From NCBI GenBank assembly GCA_964234715.1, contig OZ174280.1: 64,000 nucleotides of DNA, one strand, 5' to 3'. This DNA is from Podarcis melisellensis (lineage: Eukaryota). Numbering within the stretch: the stretch's first letter is position 1; every line of letters starts with the position of its first letter. The translations under genes and the position numbers were made by a program. Below the pieces are notes generated by a model. That model searched no databases and was not told where the DNA came from. It saw nothing but the letters and a program-made list of their open reading frames with translations. Positions 1 through 12,419 of this stretch are shown here, piece by piece.

Positions 1-380
1 CCCAAAAGGGTCGGAGGGTCGGAGCGCGTTCCCCCACAGCACACCTTGGGTCAATTCCGCCGCCCCCCAACCTTAGGGGCGCGAGTTTCCCTCCTTCCTA
101 CTAGGGACCATGAAAGCCTTGGGACCTTGAGAATAAAGAGGCAGGCGAAGAGCTTCTCGTCCCTCCTTATCCCTCGCCTTGTTTGTCTGGCTTGTCCTGA
201 TGGAGCGGGTTGGGAGGAAGAGAGCCCTGTTCCCTTCATGGCAACCGGGAAGCCTTCGGCGAGGAGTGCCTGGCTTCCCATTTATAGCGCTTCCCACCCC
301 TCTTAATATCTCAGGGGGCGAGGGAGAAGACGTGGCAGCCCCCCGCGCCGCCGCCCCAAACAAACAAACGAGCGAGCAAG
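1..380. promoter_or_regulatory. 3' edge of a CpG/GC-rich island, probably the ZFYVE9 promoter/exon-1 island (exon 1 likely just upstream of the window)
   Basis: Many CpGs and GC-rich runs (cgcgccgccgcccc) in the first ~380 nt, then a sharp switch to AT-rich, CpG-poor intronic sequence; lies upstream of the ZFYVE9 exons. Confidence 0.6.
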
Positions 381-3300
381 CCTTCTCATACCGCTTCTGT
401 TAATTAGTGGATTCCCCTCCCCCATACATCCAGCCCCCCCCCACCGTAGAGCATATGCATCGCCTTTTCCCAGTCCTTGCTTGTTTTTGCAGTTGTGCAT
501 TCTTGCATCTCCTTTCTTTCCTGTCCTGCTGCTTTACAGGCAGCTCCCATTTGTTCGCAGCCCAAGTTTCTCATACTGGATCTTACGGGAATATTGCTGT
601 CAAGGTGTCCTATTTTGTGCCGAAGTACCTTCCTTTGCTCTGGCGTCGTTTGTTGCAGTCTGCTCACTATTTAAATAATTTGAAACGTGCCATAACTGCC
701 GAACTAGAGCGCTTACCAGGAGGCAAGGTTACTTTTAATTGTGTTTGTTGTTGCACTGACTTAAGTGATACTCACCTTGGTGATAAAATTCAGGTATTTT
801 TTAGTTCTGTGGATGTGGGTAAGTAGGTCCAGATGACTGGTTGCAATGGAGGGAATGCATATCTTGTAACATGAATAACTGGTGGGAATTACCTTGATAA
901 GTTTGAATGTTTAGGTATTTTGCATATATGTAAACAAATAGTATTTTCATGTACTGAAATAGAAGTATATATGACAACAGAATATATTTATTAATATATT
1001 TAAACAAGGTGAAGTTCCACATGTAAAATGTCCACAAAACTTGAATGGTCTTGTGGTGTTAGTGCAGATTTTCATATCTGAACCTGCTGCTATTTATTTG
1101 TGACTTAAGATGGATGCAAAATTTCAAAGAGCCTGGTAGAGTGAGTAAGGGAAACATGGAGGTCACACTAAAGGTTATAAGGACAGCAGGTTGATTATTT
1201 TTAGCACATAGACATCTAGAAGGATAATATATTTATTATGTAAAATATCAAAATCTGAATATAGATGCATGAAAGTGGAGTGCTTATTTGGATTGTACTG
1301 AAAACGTTAGGTTGTCTGAGCTTGGCCCAACATAGATAAAACTGCTTTTATTGATCAGCAACACAAAGATGCACATATGTGGTAGTGAATTAATGTTTTG
1401 TTTCTCTGGTATGGATTTAATATCACATGCCTTATATCAGTATAATTTAATGGCCAGGATTTACTAAACTAAAAATGTATTTACACTTGATTAAATTTAG
1501 TACAGTAGACAAAAAACTTTAGATTTTGATATCTGGTAAATGCTGGCACAATTAAGAGGGTTCTTCAGTGGCCCAGAGGTCCTTTAAATGTTGCTCAGCT
1601 GCACAGAAGCATTTCATTAAAAAAGCAGCCCTCACTTGACCAAAATTTAAAGGGCCCCATAGAGATCTGATTTTTTAAAAGCAACTTTACTTCACTGATA
1701 ATTGCAGCATGTCTCATGGCATCAAATCTAGGCTTTGGTTTAGTCTCATGCTTGAAATCTTACTGAAATTTATTTAAAGATTGTGAATGTCTATGCTGTT
1801 TCTTTTTAAAAATGCAAAATATTTAATCCTTCCATAATCCATGCAGCTCTAAATCTAAGCAAATAAAATTTAACATATAACTTAGACAGGCTTTACATTA
1901 TTTTAATAAATTAATTCTTAGTGCATAAGTAAAGGATGAACTATTCAGAGCAGATGCTTTTCAGCATGTATTCTAGCATTTATGTTCTCATTGTTCTTTT
2001 ACATTTGAAAATGATAGTGTATATCTAGACCACTGGGCTCCTTTGATGAAAAACGTAAATGGATGCAGAAATATATGCTGAAGTCAACAGGCAAATAATA
2101 TGCCTTACTAGAGCAGGATTGCTAACAGCTAAGAATTTTTATGTCAACATCTAACTGTTTGGATAAAGTATAACTAACAATATTTATTTTGGAATAATAT
2201 TTCAAAACAGGCTTGCAGGTAAATATTTAGGATTGGAATAGCAGAAACAGTGATAAAATATGTATGTATCCCTGTAGTTGTGAATGGTCCTGTGCGAAGG
2301 GTTATGGAAGTACTTTAATCTACTTAAGTTGCAGTCTTAACACACACCTACAAGGAAATAAACCTAATTAAACATAGTGGGATTTACTTTTAGGTAAATA
2401 TGCATTGTTAGAGCTAGAAGGCTATAACTTGACTAATCTGCTTCATTTTAATAAGAGCATAAGAGCCTGCTGGATGTAGTCTAGCACCCTGTCTCATAGT
2501 GGTCAACCAGATGCCCTAATGGAAGCCCATAAGCCATGTTAAAATTCTCAGTTTATACCACCTTTGTATAAGCAAAGTTATGGATATTAGGGTGCTATAT
2601 TATACTTTTTTCATGGTGCTGGTATTAAGGCAGTTTTTAAGCCACCAGCCCAAGCATGCTTAAGTTAGTAGTTTAAAGTAAAAATAAACACAGTTTATTT
2701 GTTGTAAATATCCTTATCAAGTGGCTTGAAGGCAATTTTTACTCACACAGGAGACCAAGTGGCTATTTACAAGCCCTATACAAAGGTGTTGAAACAAGTC
2801 TCTAGTAATTTTGACTTCGTTTTGCTAAATGAAACCTGGGAGTTGATGCAAAGGTTTTTGGAGCATGTGGCCAAGAGTGAAATTGTGGAAACTGTTTGAA
2901 ATGCTCAGTGAACAGTAGTTGCCTAAACCTTTTAATTTATGTAAGAAGATGTGAAAGGTGGAAGCAAACAGTGTTTCTCTGCCGATGGAAGGCATTTGTT
3001 ATAGAACTAGAGGGCCGGCAATTCTTCCTCCCTGCCTTCTCCCCAAAATTTGCTGAGGTTTTGGGGAACCCCTTGGAGCAAATTTCTGGGGGTTTGCAGG
3101 AGGGAATTTATTTTCTCCACCAATGAAGCAACACCAACTGAATTCTATTCAGAATAATACAGTATTTAATTTTCTCCATCATTGTGTGTTTAGAAGGACA
3201 ATAGGTAGCTGTCTTATAGAAGTCAGACCATTGGTCCACCAAGCTTAGTATTGCTGCTAATGGTGTCTCCAGGTAGGGTTGGAAAAGACTCCTGACAGAA

Positions 3301-3509
3301 ACACTGGAGAGCAAATTCCCTAGAGCCAAGCTCTAGCAGCTATGTAGCTTAGGATGCAGGTTTAGCTGCTACTGAAGTACTGTAGAGTCATAGGGTGTGA
3401 TTGATTATGATTACATGTATGTTTATTTTAATTCACAGTAAGTCTCTCTTCAAGATGACCAATCACAATAAGCATATGAGGAAAATAGTTGAGTCATAAG
3501 TACTGTGAC

Positions 3510-3965
3510 CTATTTATTTGTTTAAAGTATTTATTTCCTGCCCCTTCATTGTAAAAGCAGTGCTCAGGATATGAAAGAAACAAAACAAAATTGCATATTT
3601 TTATGCAAGCAAGATTGGGGAATATCACAGCAGGGTTGTGGGGTCAGTACAATAAAAGTGTGTGGAGTCAGTACAATAAACACATCCGTCCAACAGGCCA
3701 AACTTGCCCCAGAACACAAGTGTCTTCACTATGTACTAGACAATTATTTGGGTGAAACAAACCTCCTTTGAGAAAGAACTTTCACAGCTTAGATGTGATC
3801 CCAAGAAGGTTGTCTTCCACATCTCAACCAGGAACCTCTCTTCCACTGGTAGAACATAATCTCTCCTGGAGATGTTAATGAGGAGGACTGCTCTGATTGG
3901 AGGAGGGAGTCCTTTAGATTAAATAATAAAACTTTAGATAAAGGTAATTAACAGTAGCTGGAATT
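3510..3965 (-). mobile_element. Degenerate L2-like LINE 3' fragment (approximate boundaries)
   Basis: Begins with a reverse (aaat)n-type tail tatttatttg...cctgcccc, followed by decayed L2-like 3' sequence. Confidence 0.4.
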
Positions 3966-6082
3966 GTAAAGAAGTTTGCGCAATTACGCTTTCCCAACGG
4001 AATATATATTGTATGTTTTTGATTAAACAAAAATAGCTTTTAAGAGCAAGACCCTAATTATATACAGACTTTGCAAGTTCCTGTCAATGGGACTTGCTTA
4101 CCAGTACTGTACTGTACTTCAAAGATTCAGTACTGGTAGGTTAAGCCTATTTTGAATAATGGGAAAATAATGGACTTTTGTAGAAAAAAGAATGCTTTGC
4201 TCTCAAACTCCTTAAAGGCATCTGGCCTCAGAAGGTCCGGCCTTTGTATTCTGTTTGTAGACATCTTTTTAGTAATAGCTGTGGAAATTGAGCTTCATTA
4301 AATGACCCATTTAATTTTTTTTAAACCAAACCTTCACTGCCTCCATCTAATTAACTAAGAAGTTGAGTGGAAGGTTTGTTTTAGTTCAGTCCAGTCTGTC
4401 AGCTCCTACAGTGAGATTGTACTGCTACTTTACAAATATTTTTTTAAAAAAACAGAGATTAGTTTATGTGCTGTGGAAAACAAAGCATGTATCCAGAAAT
4501 GTAATAAAAGGCAGTGTGTGTTTTTGTCTTGGTGCAAATGTTAAGAAAGCTGGTCCATATGTCAGCTTCTTAGTGAGTGTACCTGAGGCAAGTACTCATG
4601 CTGCAAATTTTGCATAGTGTGTATGTGGGGGGAGGATAATTCCTGTCTGGTTCACCTCATACAGTTATCTGTCACATTTGTTTCAGTTGAGAGGAACAGC
4701 TGGCCTAGAGGTGCTGTTTTTACAGCAACTGGTACTTATAAACTAAAATAGGAGGTCCTATATATTTTTTGTGTTTGCATACTGTTGTGACTTCTTGGAT
4801 GAGCATTGTTTACTTTTTGTGGTCCATTACTTTCAATTGCTTTAGTGCAGATCTAGGCCAGTACAAAAGAAGAAGGGTTAAATGCATGTCTCAAGCACAA
4901 TAGCTTTTGTTTTGTCACTGAAGTGGCAGATGGGAAACCAGAATCTCTTACATTCCCGCATACATTGACTATGGGGGAGAGGCATTTACCATCAGCTGAT
5001 GATCTTAAAATTAGACTTCATTTGAGTGTGCTTCTTGAGTGTTCTGTAATAAAAAGCATGTTTATTGTATCAATGCACTCTTAAAATTTTATACAGATGA
5101 TTACATTTTGAGCTAATGTATGCTGTAGAATCATCTTCTAAATTGACTGAAATTCATATAAATATATGAAGTAAACCTATGAATTGGTTGTATTTTGCTT
5201 TATTGCACAGTATTCAAATACATCAATTTTCTAGATATGTTAAATGTCTCTTCTGGTATATAGCCTTTTTTGTTAGAACATCTGTAACTGTCAGAAACCT
5301 CTGTGTTGATCCCCCCCATAATATAGCAAACATAGAAATCCGTAATGTTCCCTGTAAAAGGCAGATCAAAGTACTGTACAAATCTCCTAATAGCTGTGCC
5401 TAGCTATGAATGACACTTCCTCGTTATAAGTACTTTCATATTTTCTGATTTCACTTTGCTGTGTCAAAATTTTGCTTTGAACTCACTCCTAGCTGTGTTC
5501 ACCTAGCTGGCTGTACACTGTTTGGTATACAATTACTATGTAGGATCAGTAGGATGAAAGCTTGTTTAGATGTTTAGTTGTCTTATGTTTGCAGTACTGT
5601 TCGCACCAACATTCAAAAATTCATAAGACTGAAGTTAATTATTCTGCATCTCCCAGTCCTTACATCGCTCCCTGTCCTCCTATTCATTCTGCTATTAAAT
5701 TGAGAGTGAAGATGGCATAATGATTCTTTTGTGTTGTTTATCTCTTCACCTTGTTGTCATGCTGCCATGCCCTTTTGCTGGATATTCTGCATCCTTGGTG
5801 TACATTGGCTCATGGGACTATTGGGTCATGAATAATCTTCATGAGAAGAAATGTTTTATGTATATGCCTGCTGCACATTGAAACACCAAAATAAGCCATT
5901 TCCCAGATAGCCTTTTAGTAAAATGTCTACTCACCACAAAATATGCACACTAATCAACTTATCACCACTTTGGCATAACACCCACCACTCATTTTCACTA
6001 CATAATTGCACTTTGCTCTACTCATGCTTAACTCTGATCTAATTTCTCTCCACCTCTCCACGTTTGGTCTCCGTAATTATTG

Positions 6083-6212
6083 ATCATAGAATTGTAGAGT
6101 TGGAAGGGATGGCAAGGGATCATCTAGTCCAACCCCCTGCAATTCAGGAATCTTTTGCCTAACATGGGGCTCAAACCCATGACCCTGAGAGTTTCATGCT
6201 CTACTTACTGAG
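6083..6212 (-). mobile_element. tRNA-Lys-derived SINE with CR1-like tail
   Basis: Reverse complement matches the + strand copy at 39961-40099. Confidence 0.75.
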
Positions 6213-6279
6213 GAAGGGAGAACAATGTTGAAAGTCTCTATTGATGATGGAACCAGGAATAGGAAAAAGCAACACAAAA

Positions 6280-6530
6280 TACCGTATACACACTGACCCA
6301 TAGGGCGCACCTAGTTTTTTTGGGAGGAAATAAAGAAAAAAAATTATTTCCCCCCACACACTACTCAGTGCGCCCCAGGCTTCGAGGTGCAGGCTGCTAT
6401 CCGCAAGCCTGGAGAGCCCGAACTCTCAAGGCTTCAGCGAAAGCCTGCATTCGCCCCATAGGACGCACACACATTTCCCCTTCATTTTTGGAGGGGAAAA
6501 AGTGTGTCCTATAGGGCGAAAAATACGGTA
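6280..6530. mobile_element. Tc1/mariner-type MITE (CCGTA...TACGG ends, TA TSD)
   Basis: ta-ccgtat... / ...cctatagggcgaaaaatacgg-ta. Confidence 0.7.
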
Positions 6531-6572
6531 TGTTGACCAGGGACTGCATCATAGCATAGGAAAGGTGGAGAG

Positions 6573-7593
6573 TAGGGCTGGGTGATAAATCAGTATATCA
6601 TCCCAAACTGTTTTTGAATCCACATTGTGATAACTGTTTTGACCTGGCAATATATCATGAGAGAAATTTGGACAAAAGGATTGGAAACTGATGACTTCCC
6701 CATGGGGTGGCTCGGCTGAACCAAGACTTTTCTCTGCAGGAAGGGGAGAATCGCTACTGCTGGGATTAAAATATGTAGAGCAGGGGTAGTCAACCTTTTT
6801 ATACCTACTGCCCACTAATGCATCTTTCTTGATGGTAAAATTTCCTTACCACCCACCAGTGCTCGATGGAAGGAGGATTCAGCTTGTGCCGTAGAACCCC
6901 CAACCGCCCACCTAGAATCTTGAAATGGCCACTAGTGGGCGGTAGGGGCCAGATTGACAACCCCTGATGTAGAGGGAAGGGGACTCTCCCAAATCACACA
7001 CACACAAGTTTGGAGAGGGGCAGGCCAAACAGCGCACTGCCATCTCCTTGCTTTGCTCGCCTCCCTCCCCAGCGCCACAGTCCCTTCTCCTTGCACTGAG
7101 GGAGGCGGCAGACGTGCATCTTTGTCTCAGAGCTGCTCCCCCACTACCACCCCTGCCGCTCCCATCCCTGCTACTAGCTCTTCTCCCATGCCCTCAGTTC
7201 TGTGGTCAGCTTTCCCGCAAGGTGGGAAAAACCGTGAAGCTAGTCAATGCTTCTCAATTCCTGTTACTCGTCTTCTGCATGTGCGTGTGTGTGCATGCAT
7301 GCATGTGTTTGTCTGTCTCCCTGTGCTAAGACTCTGAATATAGGGGTGGGGGTTCCCCCTCTAGGGTCTGTCTCTTCTGCTTTCCCTTTCTATTCCACCC
7401 CATCCAGAAACTGACACGAGGTTTGGCTGCTTCTTCCTCCCCACCTCTCTCTGTCTGGGTAGCAGTTGCCAGGACATTACCCCATTTGCTTCTACATGGT
7501 TCCATCCTTATTTCAGGCATCGTTATATATCTGTATATCACAGTATTTAGCTGGTATATCACGATGGTGAAAACCAGATATCATCCAGCCCTA
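6573..7593. mobile_element. Older hAT-like non-autonomous element (TAGGGCTGG...CCAGCCCTA TIRs) hosting a nested MITE
   Basis: Imperfect TIRs tagggctgggtgataaat / agatatcatccagcccta; no clean TSD. Confidence 0.55.
6781..6966 (+). mobile_element. 186-bp hAT (Buster/Charlie-type) MITE
   Basis: TIRs caggggtagtcaa / ttgacaacccctg; perfect 8-bp TSD ATGTAGAG; second copy at 60314-60499. Confidence 0.9.
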
Positions 7594-8248
7594 GGGAAAG
7601 AACAGTGTGTAGGAATGAAGTGATTAGGGCCCATTCCCATTGGCATAATTTCTTGTTTTATTGTAGTCAGTGAATACACACAGTGGTTCTGTGGTGTTGA
7701 AAATGTATTTTTTGTAGTGTGGTGGGCACATACCCACAGCCTCATGGTACATCTTCATGAGAAGAAAAGACTAAGGAGTAAACCCTACACCTATCTGGAA
7801 TGGAGTCTGTAAGATGATTGAATGATGTTTTGTACACCTCCTTCTGGCAACTCCTGCAGCCAAGCTGGTACCAAACATATTGCTCGGCTTTCCTTAGCAA
7901 GACTGAGAGGGGGTCTTGTTGTCTGGGCAGCCTAGGACCTGCCCAGACTTTTGCCCCGGAGAAGTCACTTGGATCTGCCATTTTTAAAATGTCTGCAGGC
8001 ATCGAAGTATGCCAGTCAAATTAATAGTCCTGTTCTGTATTATTATTTTCCATTACACATTACACATTTGTATTTATTTGGTTTTGGTATTTAATTTCTC
8101 ATGTCACTCTATTTATTTGAGTCAGAGAGGAGGGAAGGTACACTAACCAGAGGGACAGTCACTAGGTGGCTTAGTTGAATGCTTCTGTGGAAAGATATAC
8201 ACCAGGGGTGTCCAAGAGACTGCGATCTACTCCCACTATAAATAAACT

Positions 8249-8350
8249 TCTGTTTCAGTGTATCTGAAGAAGTGTGCATGCACATGAAAGCTCATACCAA
8301 GAACTAACTTAGTTGGTCTTTAAGGTGCTACTGGAAGGAATTTTTTTTGT
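8249..8350 (+). mobile_element. Short Penelope-like retroelement terminal-repeat fragment
   Basis: Flanked by a 12-bp TSD TATAAATAAACT (8237-8248 and 8351-8362). The sequence ctgaagaagtgtgcatgcacatgaaagctcatacc...ttagttggtctttaaggtgctactgg resembles reptile Penelope terminal repeats (recognition only). Confidence 0.75.
8260..8297 (+). ncRNA. Minimal type I hammerhead ribozyme motif (Penelope-associated)
   Basis: GUAU-CUGAAGA-A-GUGUG(CAUG)CACAU-GAAA-GC-UC^AUAC: stem I GUAU/AUAC, core CUGANGA and GAAA, palindromic AGCU in place of stem III, UC cleavage site. Confidence 0.7.
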
Positions 8351-9349
8351 TATAAATAAACTGGCAGTGATCTACCCATTGGATTTGAGCTTTTTTGGGG
8401 GGAGAGATCAGAGAAGTTGAGCATTTTTTAGGGAGAGAGGTCAGATCGACCGGTAGATCGTGATCGACCAGTTGGACAGGCCTGATGTACACAATCTAGA
8501 AACAAGGATACATTGAAGAGCTCAAGTTGCAGCCCTCATGTTTTGCCATCTTCTGCGTACTTGTAGCAAAAACGTATTCCTGGTTATTTCCTTAAGACTA
8601 TTTCCTCCATACTTTGGTGTTAGTCTCCAGCTAGTCTGGTAAAAAGTTAATCCTATCACAGAAAACTTGGTTTATTATAATAAGAAAGTAATGTTTCCTA
8701 ATGAAAGTGAGAACCACTATAGATTAGGTGCTATAAGGTGCCCAAATCTTTTATTACCTGAGATGAATAAGTACAAATTTCTATTGTAGGCATAAGCAAG
8801 TGTTACCAGTTAAGCTAGTGAGAAAATGGCAAGTCTTTTCAAGTTTGTATCTAGCAGCTTATTGTGATGCCTTTGTAGTCTTAGGGCTTGGTTACTCTTC
8901 TAAAGTTGCTTTTGACTGTGTTTCGGGAAGCACATTTACATAAGGATGCATGGCCTCATAAAGAAACTAGATGCAGTTCAGGACACTGATAATAAACTAG
9001 TTTAAGCCCATCTTACCTCCTGCCTCTTCATGAGATCAGATGTGTGCTGTCTACACCTTATTTGGGAAAGGATAGTTGATAGTTCATCTGTGTAACTGCT
9101 GTGGAGATTTGGGAGCATGTGTTGGAGACAGGGAATAATTGGTATCTTTTTGGTGGGGGGCTTTCTTTGGTGGCCACTTCAATGTAGTGGAGCGAAGGTT
9201 ATGTTATCAAATTGTTTTTAATAGGTTTCGGGGGGGGGGGAATCTTACCCTAACTTGGATTTCAAGATGAGGCAGGCTGAAAATAGCTAAACTACATACA
9301 ACTAATAGCAGCTTTAGGAATTCTAATGTGGTGTTTGTTTCATTTTTAG

Positions 9350-9454
9350 GATCAAGCAGAATATACAGATTCAATTCAACTAGCTGATTGGGCAGTGTAT
9401 ATCATGGATAGACATTGGTTCATTCGTTTCTTTATGCATGTGTAGGAGAAAAAG
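9350..9454 (+). other. ZFYVE9: Probable 5'-UTR exon of ZFYVE9 (contains uORFs)
   Basis: Acceptor gtttgtttcatttttag|GATC and donor AAAG|gtaaga, 105 nt, upstream of the first coding exon. Confidence 0.65.
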
Positions 9455-11256
9455 GTAAGAGGATGGCAAATGACAGTATACATCTGGAATATTTGAATTA
9501 AGAGAGCGCCTTTAAATTTGCATCCTTGGTATGCTTCTTATATTGCAGTCCTCAACAGATCAGAAATTTATTTATTTATTGAGTTTCTGGCCTGCTGTTC
9601 CTTCTAGGGCAACAAACAACCAAGCAGGAAAACATTTTTTTCATCCCAGAGCCTTCCACAATAAGAGTAATGAATCAGTCTAATTTCTAGTAATGTTTCT
9701 AGGGTGTTTTGTTTAAAGCAAGGACAAGGAAGCTGTGGCCCTCAATATATTGTTACTTTTATCATTGCTGGCCACAATAGTGTTCTGCAATAGAATCATG
9801 CATTTTTAAATTTAAAGTTTAGAGCTTCCTGTTTGTAAGAAAATTATTATGGGCGGCGACCATTTTGGGCGTGATTGCTGACACACTGGTCCTTTTGGAC
9901 CCAGAAGAAGGTGGAGGGGTGGTGCACTTATATGTGCTATGCCAATGTACACAGGTTGGAAGTGGATCGCCCACATGAAATGGTTGCCATTTAACAACTT
10001 TTAGCTGTGCTTTTGCAGTAAATGGGTGCTGTGAATAATACATACTTACTAATGTATTGGATTGTGAACTGAAGTGTATTTAAGGCCAAGTTTGCCTGCC
10101 TTTTCTTTAGACTCTGTTCTGGTTTTTTCCTTGAAACCTAGCTGTGGAATCAGGCACTGTCACTAAGTTCTTGATTTAATGTATTTTGGTTGCTTTCTCC
10201 AGCACAAATGTTTGCAGGATAGATTTGGGAGAAAGTTTTAGAAAGGTGCACATAACAAGCTAGCTTTTTTGTTTCACTTGTGAGGCTACATATATTGAAT
10301 GACTGGGTTGTCTGGTTCATTGTGTGCATGCAAGGCCTACTATTTTGCATACCAGCACAGACTTCTTCAATGTTTATTTGGATGGTGGCATTAAAAATTG
10401 CAGGATTTGCTTCCGGTTAAAGAATTGGTTGATCTCCTGACTGTGTGCAGGAACAGGTCAGTTGTGTGCACTACACTTTATCGTTACAGTGTTAATTTTA
10501 AAATTCTGTGTTCAGATTTCCTTCCCTATATAATAAATACTGTTGTAAGATATTCAAATCTCTCTCTTAATTTCTATGAGGTCCTTGATCTTGAATAAGT
10601 CATATCAGTCACATTGCATTTAAGACTTTAGTGTGAAATAGTATTACTTCCTTGGCTAATATGTTGGCTTGTTTTGAGTTGTTGTTCCAGTCCACCAGGA
10701 ATATGTGATTGGCAAAGCTTAGGCTAAATGCTGCATCCTGTCATGCATTAATCTATGTTAGATACTGTAGATGCTGCAGATTCAAGAATGCAAAGCACAA
10801 TAGATAAAATATTATTGAATTAACAGGAGTCATCTTTTTCAAAGTCCATTATATAATTTATTTGACTGAAATGTTCAAGAGCCCATACTACAGTAAAGCT
10901 CACTAGATAGCTTTGGACAAGTCAGTGATTTTCAGTATAGCTTTGTTTCCTGTGGGGTTGTTTAATGTTCTGTAGAAAAGAAAGGAATATATATTTGTAT
11001 AAAGTGAAGATTTCTGAACTGTCACATCTACTCTTCTTTGCAATTATTGTTTCACCTCATCCATTCAAAACTTTTTTATGTAGAGATGGTTTATAAAGTT
11101 ACTTGCCATTGGGGAGTTACCAAGATGATATATTTATTAGGTAACATATCCCAAAGCGTCCTTGTAGTTCAAATCTGTTATATGGATGAGAAATGACTGG
11201 TAGCATTCTTGGGTCAAGCATAAATATGGAGTTGTGTGTGTGGTCGGAAGACTGAT

Positions 11257-11433
11257 TACCATATTTTTTCGTGCATAAGATGCCCCCATGTATAAGACGC
11301 CCCCTATTTTTGGGGACTCCAAATTAAGAAAACACCCCTCAGCATTACCCATGTATAAGACGAGCCCCAATTTTAAACCTAATTTTTTGGTTAAAAAAAA
11401 CCTCCTAGTCTTATACACGGAAAAAATACGGTA
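11257..11433. mobile_element. Tc1/mariner-type MITE
   Basis: TIRs ta-ccatattttttcgtgcataaga / tcttatacacggaaaaaatacgg-ta. Confidence 0.8.
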
Positions 11434-11654
11434 ATTTTTCCTGATTTGATACTTTAGTCACTACTAATTGAAATCCTGCTGATTTCTGTCTGAGTTAGTA
11501 ACTGGATGCAACCCTGAGCCTTAGTGCCCAGGTTTCTGCAGTGGCCAGGAGTGCATCTGCATAGCTAAAGCCAGTGTGCCAGCTGTGCCCGTTCCTGGAG
11601 ATGTCTGATCTGCCCACAGTGACACACACCTTAGTTACATCCCATTTGAATTCT

Positions 11655-12170
11655 GTAACATGCTTTACATGGGTCTGCCTTTGAAAAACGCTAGAAAACT
11701 TTTAAAGGGCCCAAGGAGCTCCACTGGCTACTGGTCTGTATCCGGTCACAATTCAAAGTGCTGGTTGTGACCTATAAAACCTTATACTGCTTAGGCCTTG
11801 GCTATCGGAAGGCCCAGGGTATTTCCCCATACAAACCTATCTGGGCTCTTGAGAAGTTCGAGGTGGCCCTTCTCTCATTCCTGCCACGCTCACAGGCACC
11901 TTTTGTGGGAACGCGGGAGAGGCTGCTCCCAGGCTTTGGAACTCCCTTCCTGGTGAACCTAGACTGAACTCTGTCCTTGTGGTCCTTCCTCTGGCAGGTG
12001 AAGATTGTTTTATTCCAGCAGGCCTTTGGGAGCTGATTGCTTTTAAGGAAGGGGTTTTTAATAGTGTTGTGCTGTTTTTACTGTCTGTATTTTAATAGAT
12101 TTAGTTTTTACATTGTTTTAATTCCATTGTTGTTTAATTACTTTTCAACTATTATTGATTATAACTTTTT
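11655..12170 (+). mobile_element. L2-like LINE 3' fragment (approximate boundaries)
   Basis: Encodes QFKVLVVTYKTLYCLGLGY, typical of the L2 ORF2 C-terminus, followed by a T-rich 3' UTR. Confidence 0.65.
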
Positions 12171-12419
12171 AGCTTTCTGTGTTTTAGCTGTGTTTGTACA
12201 TTCTGGACAAATCTAGTTTTTATTCTTTTGTTTATTTATTCCCCACATTTTCTCCAGAACCAGGGCTCAAGGCAGCTTACAAAAATTAAAACAACGCTAG
12301 GCGATGCAGAAGGTGGGGTCTAGATTAGGACTGATGCCATCATGTGATGGCACTGGGGCTCACTGAAGATCCAGTAGCTCCTGAGCCAGCTTAGTGCCCT
12401 CCCCCCTCTCCCACTAGAG

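Larger units (their letters stand above)
8203..8484. mobile_element. hAT MITE interrupted by a retroposed insert
   Basis: TIRs caggggtgtccaa / ttggacaggcctg; TSD ATATACAC/ATGTACAC (1 mismatch). Confidence 0.8.

Noticed and set aside
407-826. 139-aa ORF near the CpG island
   Set aside because: GTG start, no recognisable domain, composition like pyrimidine-rich intronic sequence
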